The notes: a model not told the origin generated them from the letters alone. Shown: positions 8,620 through 18,272, numbered from the stretch's first letter. The stretch is DNA of 32,000 bases from Wolbachia endosymbiont of Cimex lectularius (GCF_000829315.1 NZ_AP013028.1:1020001-1052000); one strand, 5' to 3'. Numbers and translations: made by a program.

Positions 8620-9504
8620 GTGAAAGAACAAAAATGCTTATTTGTCACCATAGCCGGTTTACCAAATGCTGGGAAGTCTACGCTGATTAACAGCATTGTA
8701 GGTAAGAAGATCGCAATTGTTACTCCCAAAGTGCAAACAACGAGGACGCAAATAAGGGGTATTGCAATACGCGATGACACACAAATTATTTTTACTGATT
8801 CTCCGGGGATATTTTCGGCAGAAACGAAACTTGAGAAAACTCTAGTCAAATCTGCATGGTCAGCAATCAGGGGTGATGACATCACTTTGTTGCTGGTTGA
8901 TGCGAGCAATTATTTAAAAAATATAGAGAAAATCAAAACTATATTTGCGCGGCTGCAACGCACAAAAGGCAGATGTATTTTGGTTATTAATAAGATTGAT
9001 CTGGTAAAAAAACCTGAGCTAAAGATGGCGTATGAACATCTGAATTTGCTTTATAGGTTTGAAAGAATTTTTACAATATCCGCATTAAAGAGTGATGGAC
9101 TTTCTGATTTGATAAGTTATTTATCTGAAGTTGCGCCAGTGAGTCCTTGGTTTTATAGAGAAGATCAAATAACCGATTCTTCGACGAGTTTTTTATCAGC
9201 GGAAATTACGAGGGAAAAATTATTCTTGAATTTGCGTGAAGAATTGCCATATTCTATAGCTGTCATAACTGAACAAATTCAGGAGAAAAAAGATAAGAGT
9301 TTAATTATAAAACAGGTCATATTTGTGCTGAGGGATAGTCATAAGAAAATAGTACTAGGAAAAGATGGCAGTAATATTAAAAAAATTGGCATCGAGGCAC
9401 GTGTTGAGCTGGAGAAGTTATTCGAGTGTAAAGTTCACCTGTTTTTATTCGTGAAAGTGCGGCATTGGACTGACCGTCCTGAGGAGTATATAAGCGATGC
9501 TTAA
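8620..9504 (+). CDS. era: GTPase Era
   Basis: 294 aa with a GTG start. G1 motif GLPNAGKST, DSPG, NKID and a C-terminal KH-like region. Confidence 0.92.
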   Translation: MKEQKCLFVTIAGLPNAGKSTLINSIVGKKIAIVTPKVQTTRTQIRGIAIRDDTQIIFTDSPGIFSAETKLEKTLVKSAWSAIRGDDITLLLVDASNYLKNIEKIKTIFARLQRTKGRCILVINKIDLVKKPELKMAYEHLNLLYRFERIFTISALKSDGLSDLISYLSEVAPVSPWFYREDQITDSSTSFLSAEITREKLFLNLREELPYSIAVITEQIQEKKDKSLIIKQVIFVLRDSHKKIVLGKDGSNIKKIGIEARVELEKLFECKVHLFLFVKVRHWTDRPEEYISDA

Positions 9505-10315
9505 TTCTTTATTGGTATTTGATATTGAGACTATACCAGATATAAACTCCTGCAAAAATTTACTCAATATTTGTGATGATAGCAGTGTAGAAGAGAAAAG
9601 AGACGCGTTAACAAAATATCACCTTGAGATAACAAACGGACAAAACCCTTTTCTTCGTCAGCCTTTCCACCAAATTGTAGTTATCAGTTTTTTACTCTGT
9701 AATATAAGCTGCAAAAATGGTTATGAGGTGTTCACACTACAGGAAATTAGGTCTGGCGGCACACTAAATTCTAGTGAAAAAGAGCTAGTTAAGGGATTTT
9801 TCAATTATATGTCAGAAAAAAGACCAAGGTTAGTTTCATTTAATGGGCGCACTTTTGACATACCAGTGCTGAAATACCGCGCTATGGTTTATGGCATTCA
9901 AGCAGAATATTTTCATAAAGCTGGTGATAAGTGGAATAGCTATAATCAAAGATACAGTAGTGATTGGCATTGCGATTTACTTGAATCCCTCTCTGATTTT
10001 GGAGCTTCCGCGAGAGTAAAAATGAATGAAGTTTGTGCAGCGCTTAATCTTCCTGGTAAAATTGGGGTTGATGGGTCGCAAGTTATGGGTTTATACGATA
10101 GTGGCAAGATGCAAGAGATTCGAGAATACTGTGAAACAGATGTAATTAACACTTATTTGATTTACCTGAGATTTGTGCACCATCAAGGAAGAATCACTAC
10201 CGAGAGCTACAACAAAAGTGTGGAAGAGCTACTTTTAGAATGCGAAAAAAAAGCACATCTAAAAAAATTTAAAGAAGAATGGGAAGCAACTTGTGGCGGA
10301 AGGTTTTATATTTGA
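9497..10315 (+). CDS. Predicted 3'-5' exonuclease related to the PolB exonuclease domain (RNase H-like fold)
   Basis: 272 aa. LVFDIETIPD (ExoI DxE), FNGRTFDIPVL, YCETDV. Overlaps the era stop by 8 nt. Confidence 0.75.
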   Translation: MLNSLLVFDIETIPDINSCKNLLNICDDSSVEEKRDALTKYHLEITNGQNPFLRQPFHQIVVISFLLCNISCKNGYEVFTLQEIRSGGTLNSSEKELVKGFFNYMSEKRPRLVSFNGRTFDIPVLKYRAMVYGIQAEYFHKAGDKWNSYNQRYSSDWHCDLLESLSDFGASARVKMNEVCAALNLPGKIGVDGSQVMGLYDSGKMQEIREYCETDVINTYLIYLRFVHHQGRITTESYNKSVEELLLECEKKAHLKKFKEEWEATCGGRFYI

Positions 10316-10401
10316 ATCTAGAGGGATGGAATTACACCCCCTGTGTTATCCAAGTGACCGATACTTGAATGACATTCTTCCCGGTGGAGATTGCTCTTAA
10401 A

Positions 10402-11870
10402 TCATAATGTTCGTATAGCTGCGACCCGAGAGGTGCTTTCTCTCATCCATTGCAGATATTGCACGGTGCTGTCAACTTGGTCATTGTGATGTGCTTCTGG
10501 GAACATTAAAATTTCATACTCAAAATCATTGAGCCATATCGCCTGGTGCGGCAGAAAAACTTTTCCAGACTCTATAATGGGAACAATCTGGTGGAATCGA
10601 GCGAGTTTGTCATCATGCGGTACTATTTCAATAACGGGTAAATCACTGCTTGCCTTTAGCTCTTGCACCAATTGCTGACCGCTTGTTTTTGCTTCGATCG
10701 AAATTGCGTGTGGTGTCCATCTTGCGGCTAAGGACAAAACTTGTTCTTTAAGTTTTGGGTACTCGAGTTTTGTACGATATACATCGAGTAAATAGAATTT
10801 ATTGCCCGCTTTTGCCCAAGTGGTGCAGACGCTGAAGTTGCTAGAGTTGCTCGTTGAAACTGCAGTATCCCAGCTCTGGGTTACATGCGAGAGGTTATCA
10901 GGAAAATTTCTATAGCGCTTCAGCCACTCTAGTTTGATTATACCACTTGAAAGCGGTAGAGGGTTTTGCTGATATTGCGCAGCAAAAGCATAGCTTCCAA
11001 GTTCAGCCTTTATCATCTTAACTTCCTTTTTTCCTTCATCCACAGAATATAATAGCTGGCCTTCTTCTCTTGAGTATAACATCTTTGCAGGTCTAGCACG
11101 CAATGCTGTTTTATTGCTGGTGTACTCATTTATAGTTGACCGAGCTACTTGGATGACAGAAACAGGATGCGCTGGCTTTTTGATTGAGTAAATAATCTCC
11201 TTATTTTCAGATATCATTAGTAAACAAATGCAGTGCCATATGTTTTTTAGTTTGGAGAGAAGGTGTCCGGTTAAGTCCTCTTGATGTAGCCTGTGCATCA
11301 CAAGGACAATAACTCCTTTTTTTCTATTGTTGAGCCTGCTTATCAGAGTCTGATCAAACCAGTTTGTGGCACGCTTTCTAAACGTTTCACTCAGAGCTTG
11401 AGTGGAGCTCAGTGGATCATCCACAATGATGAAATTTCCACCTTCGCCGGTTAGTGTCCCTCCAACAGATATTGCGATTCTATATCCTCTCTGCACTGTT
11501 TGAAATTTGTATTTAGTGTTTTGTTCTGTGGATAGCTCTACCTCTGGAAACAGCTCTCTATACCAACTAGACTGCATCACGCACCTTGTATCGAGCGAGT
11601 GCTTTTCGCTCAGCCGCTGAGAATAGCTTGCAACTATTATCCTTGCAGTTGGCTGATTGCCCAGTATCCACGCGGGCCACGCAACGCTCACACACATGGA
11701 TTTCATCGAGCGCGGCGGCATATTGAATATTATTCGCCTCATTTTGCCAACATTTGCTGCTTCAAGCCTGTCTGCTATGACTTTTACATACTATAGTCGT
11801 TATACTCACACCCCGGCATCACCGTTTTAAAGCATAACTCAATGAATTTTAGAAAGTTTATGTTTTCCAT
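10402..11870 (-). pseudogene. Phage terminase large subunit, orphan and frameshifted
   Basis: Track ORF 10402..11742 begins mid-domain. Upstream, ATG 11870 (preceded by AGGAG) opens MENINFLKFIELCFKTVMPGCEYNDYSM, with a stop at 11784-11786. The main frame (open from 11790) continues KVIADRLEAANVGKMRRIIFNMPPRSMKS. C-terminal nuclease-type end HHNDQVDSTVQYLQWM. Confidence 0.75.
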
Positions 11871-11892
11871 ATTAGTCTCCTATTATCCAAGC

Positions 11893-12572
11893 AGCCTTTT
11901 CTTGTCATCCAAGTACTTCCTCCTCCTGTCATCCCAGTGCTCCGACACTGGGATCCAGTTTTCCATAAAAATAGTGCATTTTAACATAACTTTTATGCCC
12001 ACTAGCCTAATAAAGTTTCTGGATTCCAGCGTCACGCGCTGGAATGACACCACTTGCTGTAAAAATAAATGTTCGTTCATAGATTGCAACTAGCTATAAA
12101 TATTTAAGAAATTTGCCAGACGAGAAAAAAAGGTAAAAGAAACTCTAGTCGGTATTTATTTTCAGTATTGGCATTTTTTTAAGTCTTAAACGCTGCAATT
12201 TAGCGACTTTTAAACTGCAACAGACCCTTAGCTTAAGTGCTAAGAAATTTACTAAGCAGAAAAAAAAGGCAAAAGAAACCCAGAGCAGCTAGTATTCAAA
12301 TTCTCCCTTGTTCTATTTGACGTTCTATACTGTCTTAAACGACTTATAAGCGCGTTTCAGCTTGTATAGGCAAAAACCTAGAAGTTTTATGAAGACATGG
12401 AGTGCACATAGTGCAAAAATTTAAACATGAGACGCTAAATACAAAGTTTCCTTTGTCGTTTTAATCTGCAGATTGCGAAGTTAAATGAATAGCTTCAGTA
12501 TCATTATAAGGGGGTTGGAGGAATTTGTCAAGCAGTTTTTTTTGCATATGTTAAAACTAGCTTGATATGCGA
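11893..12572. repeat. Left arm of a large imperfect inverted repeat (palindromic elements plus tandem modules of about 150 bp)
   Basis: The reverse complement aligns by eye with 15487-16011. For example, the rc of 12491-12535 is cttgacaaattcctccaacccccttataatgatactgaagctatt, against 15530-15574 cttgacaagctccttcaacccccttataatgatactgaagctatt. Internal boxes gtcttaaacg at 12183 and 12332; taagaaattt at about 12105 and 12241. Confidence 0.85.
12503..12531 (-). promoter_or_regulatory. Perfect consensus sigma-70 promoter (minus strand) in the left repeat arm
   Basis: On the minus strand: TTGACA (12531-12526), 17 nt, TATAAT (12508-12503). Confidence 0.6.
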
Positions 12573-12577
12573 GAAAT

Positions 12578-13390
12578 CTATTGTGCAGCCGCGTTTTTTT
12601 CTTCAACTTGGGGATTCATAACACACACAACGGGCGTATGGTCAGATGGGCTTTCCAGCTTGCGCAGCCTGCTATCTATATAACACGTTTCCAACCTGTC
12701 AATAGCTTGCGGTGATAGCAGCATATGATCTATTCGCATTCCTTGATTATTTCTTAGTGAACTGCCTTGGTAGTGCCACCAGGTAAACTGTTGCAAATTC
12801 GGGTGGGATGTCCTAAATGCGTCTTTAAACCCGAGATTCAGGATTGCCCTTAATTTCTCGCGTTCTTTTATATGAAAACACACTTGACCATTCAGTAAAA
12901 TTGGGTCAAAAACGTCAATTTCGTCCGGTGCAACATTGTAGTCGCCAGCTATAATAGTTAGCTCCTCATTCTTCAGCAAATAGCCCATTCTTTCATGTAG
13001 GTTATCGAAAAACTTGAGTTTATACGCAAACGCGTGAGAGTCTGGGCTTTGACCATTTGGAACGTATACGCTTCCTACTCTTATCTTCTGGTTATTGTGC
13101 TTTACTTTGCACTCTATATAACGTGCTTCTTGATAGCTTTCTACAACGTCAATTTTAAATTCCTCTATTATTGGATGTTGAGATAAAACACAAACACTAT
13201 TTCTTGCAACTTGCCCATAGACGGCGCATTCATACCCAAGCTTCTCTATTTCCGCATAGGGAAATTGCTCTTCCGTGCACTTTATCTCTTGCAGCAGGAT
13301 TATATCTATCTGACTATCAATTACGAAACTACAGAGCTGCTCAACTCTTTTGCGTATAGAGTTGACATTCCAAGTGGCAATTTTTAGCAT
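12578..13390 (-). CDS. xth: Exodeoxyribonuclease III
   Basis: MLKIATWNVNSIRKR...ILLQEIK...SDHTPV. ATG 13390 shares its A with the hemD TGA stop (TGATG coupling). Track start 13396 is TTG. Confidence 0.9.
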   Translation of the reverse strand: MLKIATWNVNSIRKRVEQLCSFVIDSQIDIILLQEIKCTEEQFPYAEIEKLGYECAVYGQVARNSVCVLSQHPIIEEFKIDVVESYQEARYIECKVKHNNQKIRVGSVYVPNGQSPDSHAFAYKLKFFDNLHERMGYLLKNEELTIIAGDYNVAPDEIDVFDPILLNGQVCFHIKEREKLRAILNLGFKDAFRTSHPNLQQFTWWHYQGSSLRNNQGMRIDHMLLSPQAIDRLETCYIDSRLRKLESPSDHTPVVCVMNPQVEEKNAAAQ

Positions 13391-14097
13391 CAGCAATCCT
13401 TATTAATCATATCAATTAAACTCTCTTTAGTAGGTAACCTCGATGTTATGACTTTTTTCCATTTGATTGACTTCAAACTATCAGCAATATTCTTACTCAT
13501 AGCGCATGCAACTATATCGCCCATTGCATGAGATAGGCCACTTTTTGAAACTAAAGAACAGAATATTCTTGCTGTCTGTGAAGAAAAAAAAGCAACACTA
13601 TCGATTTTACTACCTGATAACAAATTTTTGCACCTGTGAGTTAGGTTCCTTTTAATAATTGTCTTGTAGAGTATAACTTCCCTTACGTTAAAACCTTCTT
13701 CAGATAACCTTTTTTTCAAATCACATGATATTTCCAGCCCCCTGATATATAGGAACTTTACTGCTATTGAATAGTGATTTTTTATAAATGATATCAGACC
13801 CTCAACATTACTGTCTGCTGATATGATATCAGAGAACCCTAAATCCTTTGCAGTTTGCATCGTTGAGCTACCAACTGTAATGATTGGAAGGTCATCTACT
13901 TTGCATATTTGGCTAAATGCTTTCACGCTGTTTTTACTTGTGGATATTACCACATCAAATTCATGCGCAGATATATCAGGCTGCAGATATTTTATTGTGA
14001 ATACTGGCTCTATATATACTTTATACCCATATTTCCTCAGCGCACTTCTCGTATCCAGTGAGTCTGATAAAGGCCTAGTCAACAAGATAGACTTCAT
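13390..14097 (-). CDS. hemD: Uroporphyrinogen-III synthase
   Basis: 235 aa. N-terminal ILLTRP motif and two-lobe HEM4-like layout. Assignment by family pattern only. Confidence 0.7.
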   Translation of the reverse strand: MKSILLTRPLSDSLDTRSALRKYGYKVYIEPVFTIKYLQPDISAHEFDVVISTSKNSVKAFSQICKVDDLPIITVGSSTMQTAKDLGFSDIISADSNVEGLISFIKNHYSIAVKFLYIRGLEISCDLKKRLSEEGFNVREVILYKTIIKRNLTHRCKNLLSGSKIDSVAFFSSQTARIFCSLVSKSGLSHAMGDIVACAMSKNIADSLKSIKWKKVITSRLPTKESLIDMINKDC

Positions 14098-14296
14098 TCT
14101 AATCTACTTTACTACAGGTAAAATAATACCTTTATAAAAAAATTACTGAATAAAAATTTTTAAACAGATTATATTACCAATGCTGGACTTCACTGAAGTT
14201 TTATAGTTAAGCCTTACAGGATTTGCAAGAAAATAAATTCTTGTTTACAAAAATTTCGAGTAGACTAGCCTTATCCTATCAATTAACGTACTAAAT

Positions 14297-15454
14297 ATGC
14301 TATTAACATTACTCGCTGTCTTTATTTTATCGTTCTTATTTGGAGATTTAATCCCTGTTGATGCAAAGATTTTTTTATATTCAGTGAGCTTGAATATCAA
14401 GGAAGTTTTAAACTTTACAATGCCTTTTATTATTTTTTCTTTGATATTTAATAGCATTAATAATCTAAAGAATGCAGCGATTACATTCATCATATTACTA
14501 CTAGTGGCGGTCTTTTTGTCAAATTTGTTTTCAAGCCTTATTGGTTATCTCACAGGATATATTATTACACAAAATCTTCATATTAGTTCTGAAATAGTGT
14601 TGCCTCAAAGCGAACTAAGCAGCCCATGGAGATTCAAATTACCAGCATTGATCTCAAACTTTCATGCTCTACTGCTTGGGCTCATCGCTGGAGTAACTGT
14701 ACATAGAATCATTCCGCAAAAGAGCGACATTATCGCTAAAAAACTAGCGAGCATAGCGTTCTTTCTTCTCAGAAGAATATTAATTCCTGTTATGCCTGTA
14801 TTCATACTAGGTTTTGTCTTAAAATTGCAACACGACAAAGCATTATCAGCCGTTTTTGAGGATTATATTGCAATTTTTACTATCATGATAATTGTTATCT
14901 ACACTTATGTTATATTGCTATACGGAATCGCAAATTCATTTAAGGTAAAGGACTGGCTAACTAGCATGAGAAATATGCTACCTGCAATAGTAACGGCAAT
15001 TGCAACATCGTCAAGTAGCGCTACAATACCTGTTACTTTAGAAGGAAGTAAAAAGAATGTAAAGGAGCATAATATAGCAGATGCCATGGTTCCTGTAATT
15101 GCAAGTACCAATTCTATTGGTAGTTGCTTCAGTATTATTGTTCTGGTTTTGGTAATCATAGAATCATTCGGCACTCAAACGTTAACAATATGGGAACATG
15201 CACGTTTTTTGTCATATTTTCTGCTGCTGAAATTTGCTGCTGCAGCGCCAGGCAGCGATATAATTGTGGTGCTTGGACTTCTTGAGGGATTGGGTTTTTC
15301 TCCAGCCATGTTGTCATTAATAACTGCGATTTACGTGATTCTTAATCCAATTATCACTGGTGCAAATGTTGCTGGAGATGGTGCATTGGTTATCATCTTC
15401 ACTAAATTTCACAGGAGACTCTTTGCAAGAGAGAAACAGAGGGCTTTAAAGTAG
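14297..15454 (+). CDS. Dicarboxylate/amino acid:cation symporter (SDF/GltP-DctA family)
   Basis: 385 aa polytopic protein. ATSSSSATIPVT (SSSA-x-x-P family motif) and a hairpin-like ASTNSIGS segment. Confidence 0.8.
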   Translation: MLLTLLAVFILSFLFGDLIPVDAKIFLYSVSLNIKEVLNFTMPFIIFSLIFNSINNLKNAAITFIILLLVAVFLSNLFSSLIGYLTGYIITQNLHISSEIVLPQSELSSPWRFKLPALISNFHALLLGLIAGVTVHRIIPQKSDIIAKKLASIAFFLLRRILIPVMPVFILGFVLKLQHDKALSAVFEDYIAIFTIMIIVIYTYVILLYGIANSFKVKDWLTSMRNMLPAIVTAIATSSSSATIPVTLEGSKKNVKEHNIADAMVPVIASTNSIGSCFSIIVLVLVIIESFGTQTLTIWEHARFLSYFLLLKFAAAAPGSDIIVVLGLLEGLGFSPAMLSLITAIYVILNPIITGANVAGDGALVIIFTKFHRRLFAREKQRALK

Positions 15455-15486
15455 AATATTATTTACCTAAATACGACTTTTTTTGT

Positions 15487-16011
15487 CAACTTGCACATCA
15501 AACCAGCTTTAGCATATACGAAAAAACTACTTGACAAGCTCCTTCAACCCCCTTATAATGATACTGAAGCTATTTGTTTAACTTCCCAATCTGTGCACTG
15601 CATGTCTTTTTAAAACTTCGGGTTTTTACCCATACAAGCTGAAACGCGCTTATAAGTCGTTTAAGACATCACCCAACGCTGGATTTTAAAATAGAGAGTG
15701 GAATAACTAGCTACCTTGGGGTTTTATTGTCCTTTTCTCTGCCTGGTAAATTTCTTAAATATTATAGCTTAGACTAGTTGCATTTAAAAGCAGCTAAATT
15801 GCAGCGTTTAAGACATAAAAACGCCAATACTGAAAATAAATACCGACCAGGGCTTCTTTTGCTTTTTTTCTCGTTTGGTAAATTTCTTAAATATTAAAGC
15901 AATTCATGAACGAACATTTGTTTTTACAACAAATGTTGTCATAAAGTGAAATGAGATCCCATCGTCACGCGCTGGGATGACAGGAAAGGGAGATGCTGGG
16001 ATGACAGGAGA
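15487..16011. repeat. Right arm of the large imperfect inverted repeat, abutted by IS copy 2
   Basis: Inverted counterpart of 11893-12572. Boxes cgtttaagac at 15658 and 15805 (147 bp apart); ggtaaatttcttaaatatta at 15745 and 15877 (132 bp apart). Palindromic elements at 15955-16010. Confidence 0.85.
15531..15559 (+). promoter_or_regulatory. Perfect consensus sigma-70 promoter (plus strand) in the right repeat arm
   Basis: TTGACA (15531-15536), 17 nt, TATAAT (15554-15559). Confidence 0.6.
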
Positions 16012-16014
16012 TAA

Positions 16015-16873
16015 GAACCTGTTTAAAATCTTGGAAATGTGAGGTAAAGTAAGCATAGATTAATAATGAGGTGTCTATGCAGAAAAGTTATCCAAGTAAT
16101 ATAAGTCAAGAGCAGTTTGAAAAAATCAGGCCAATTTTGGAGAGTAGCAAGCAGAAAACAAAACCAAGAAAACTTGATTTGTATGACGTATTTTGTGGGG
16201 TGTTGTACGTCTTAAAAAGTGGTTGTCAGTGGAGGATGTTACCAAAGGGTTTTCCAAGATGGGAAAGCGTATATTACTATTTTCGAGTGTGGAGTAAAAA
16301 GAGTGGAGAAGAGCCAAGCTTGTTGGAATTAGTCTTAAAAAAAATTAGTTGGAGAGGTCCGTATCAGCAATGGTCGGAAAGAGAAAACTAGCTTTTGTAT
16401 AATTGATTCTCAAAGCGTTAAAAACGCAGATACTGCTGAAAAAAAAGGCTATGATGCAGGTAAAAAGATTTCAGGGATAAAGCGCCATATTGCAGTTGAT
16501 ACACAAGGTTTGCCACATGCAATTTATGTAACAACGGCAGAAGCAACTGACCGTAGCAGTGCTGTGAAAATGGTCGAAAATGCTAAAGCAAACCTCTCTG
16601 AAGTTAAAAACATACTGGTTGATGCTGGCTACACAGGAGAAAATTTTGCAACACAAATAAAAGCTATCATTGGTGCGACTGTTGAAGTAATAAAGCGAAG
16701 TGAGTTACACACTTTCGTCGTATTGCCAAAAAGATGGGTTGTTGAACGCTCTTTTGCCTGGTTAGAAAAGTGCAGGCGATTGTGGAAAAATTGCGAGCGG
16801 AAGCTCAACACTAGCTTACAGATGATAGTCCTCTCCTTCATTTCTCTCTGTTACGAAGATTTTAAACAGGTTC
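16015..16873 (+). mobile_element. IS5-family insertion sequence, copy 2 (859 bp)
   Basis: Same termini as the other copies, flanked by TAA/TAA. One C is missing near 16848 (tttctctctg where the others have tttctctcctg). Confidence 0.95.
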
Positions 16874-16890
16874 TAAGGACTTTAGAATAG
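16077..16890 (+). CDS. IS5-family transposase, copy 2 (orfA/orfB; altered C-terminus)
   Basis: Identical to copies 3 and 4 except for the 1-bp deletion. The ending changes from ...ISLLLRRF to ...ISLCYEDFKQVLRTLE and reads through the right terminal repeat into flanking DNA. Confidence 0.85.
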
Positions 16891-16893
16891 AGT

Positions 16894-16921
16894 TTTAATC
16901 ACTCCATAGTTTCTGTATAAT
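16894..16921 (+). promoter_or_regulatory. Possible prs promoter
   Basis: TTTAAT (16894-16899), 16 nt, TATAAT (16916-16921), 22 nt upstream of the prs ATG. Confidence 0.3.
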
Positions 16922-16943
16922 CTTACAATTCAATTGATAGATT

Positions 16944-17870
16944 ATGAAGATAATAATAGGTAGCGCTAGTAAAGAATTAGGGGAATCAATAGTTAATAAG
17001 CTAAATGTTCAACCATCCCTTACTCAGGTATCAAGATTTGCCGATGGTGAGATGAATGTGTACGTGGGAGGCGATGTTTATAATCAAGAGGTATACATAA
17101 TACAATCCATTTCTTCTCCTACAAATGACAATCTTATGGAGCTGCTGATCACAATTGATGCAGTAAAGAGGTCAAGAGCTAAAAGAATAACGGCGATTAT
17201 TCCCTATTATGGATATAGCAGGCAAGATAGGGTTATTAAAAATGACAATATACAATCTGCTTTGAGTGCGAAATTAGCTGCAAATCTCATCCAGGCTGCA
17301 GGTGCGAATGGTATTGCAATTATTGATTTGCATTCAAGTCAAACTGAAGGGTTTTTTGATATACCAGTCGCTAATTTGAGCTGCCTTGAAGCATTTGCTG
17401 ACTCTATACACACGGAGAATTTGGCAATAGTTGCACCCGATGTTGGAGCAATCGGTAGAGCGCGTGCTTTTGCAAAGACTTTAGAGAAAAAGTATGAGAT
17501 GGGATTGAGTAATAAGATTATCGTAATAGATAAATATAGAGAGAAAGCAGGTACATCTCAGGTAATGAATGTAATAGGAGAAGCGGCAAATAAGAATTGT
17601 GTCATCGTCGATGATATAGTTGATTCTGGTGGAACATTATGCAATGCCGCTCTTGCTTTGAAAAGTCACGGGGCAAAGTCTGTAATTTCATGCATCACAC
17701 ATGGTGTTCTTTCAGGAAATGCAATTGAAAAAATCTCTTCCTCTTCTCTAGGTAAATTAGTGATCACAGACACCATACTTCACAAATTTGAAAAAACTGG
17801 TAAAATAGAAGTTGTTTCAACTGCAAATATTTTGGTTCACTTCATTAAAGGGGATAAGAATGCCAGCTAG
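16944..17870 (+). CDS. prs: Ribose-phosphate pyrophosphokinase
   Basis: 308 aa. FADGE, PYYGYSRQDR, DLHS, and VDDIVDSGGTL (PRPP-binding loop). Confidence 0.93.
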   Translation: MKIIIGSASKELGESIVNKLNVQPSLTQVSRFADGEMNVYVGGDVYNQEVYIIQSISSPTNDNLMELLITIDAVKRSRAKRITAIIPYYGYSRQDRVIKNDNIQSALSAKLAANLIQAAGANGIAIIDLHSSQTEGFFDIPVANLSCLEAFADSIHTENLAIVAPDVGAIGRARAFAKTLEKKYEMGLSNKIIVIDKYREKAGTSQVMNVIGEAANKNCVIVDDIVDSGGTLCNAALALKSHGAKSVISCITHGVLSGNAIEKISSSSLGKLVITDTILHKFEKTGKIEVVSTANILVHFIKGDKNAS

Positions 17871-18213
17871 ATCAACGGAAGACGTCATCACTTCGCTAAT
17901 AGAGTTTGTGAACAAAAGAAAAGTAACAATTACTAAGGAAGAAATGCTTAAAATTGCACAGCTTGTAAGAATTAAGTTATCAAATGGCGAAATTGAGCAC
18001 TACTCCAAAGAACTAACGATGCTGGATTGGATACATGATATTTTGTTGCAAGTTAACACTGAAGGTGTTTCTCCTATACGTTATGGTAGTATAGATAAGG
18101 ACATTCACGTACGTAATGACGTTGTCAATGCTCAGAACATTAAAGAGGAGATATTATCCAACACAAAATCTGAGCATGGATATTTTGTAGTGCCAAAGGT
18201 TATAAACGATTGA
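17860..18213 (+). CDS. gatC: Asp/Glu-tRNA amidotransferase subunit C
   Basis: ATG 17860 is preferred over the track start 17812; it overlaps the prs end by 11 nt. ITKEEMLKIAQLVRIKLSNGEIEHYSKEL...VNTEGVSP fits the GatC pattern, with an N-terminal extension of about 20 aa. Confidence 0.75.
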   Translation: MPARSTEDVITSLIEFVNKRKVTITKEEMLKIAQLVRIKLSNGEIEHYSKELTMLDWIHDILLQVNTEGVSPIRYGSIDKDIHVRNDVVNAQNIKEEILSNTKSEHGYFVVPKVIND

Positions 18214-18272
18214 AATAAGGCTGTGTTGTACAGTCCCAAAGTGCGTGGCATGATAAAGTATGAAAAAAATAG

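Noticed and set aside
8589-8909. 106-aa minus-strand ORF overlapping the era start
   Set aside because: It is antisense to a strongly supported Era GTPase frame and has no motifs.
11842-12093. Overlapping ORFs 11842..12093 (+) and 11883..12089 (-)
   Set aside because: They span the palindromic repeat elements, so both strands stay open because of the palindromes. They have no start context or motifs, and the same DNA recurs non-coding elsewhere.
10402-12100. Prophage region around the terminase
   Set aside because: Only one phage-type gene is present and it is frameshifted. The neighbours are core genes and repeats. It is treated as a relic, not a prophage.
12060-12480. Possible CRISPR array, suggested by the regularly spaced repeated boxes
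   Set aside because: The period is about 130-150 bp with diverged units. There are no short, identical 25-40 bp direct repeats separated by unique spacers, and no cas genes. It is a minisatellite-like tandem repeat instead.
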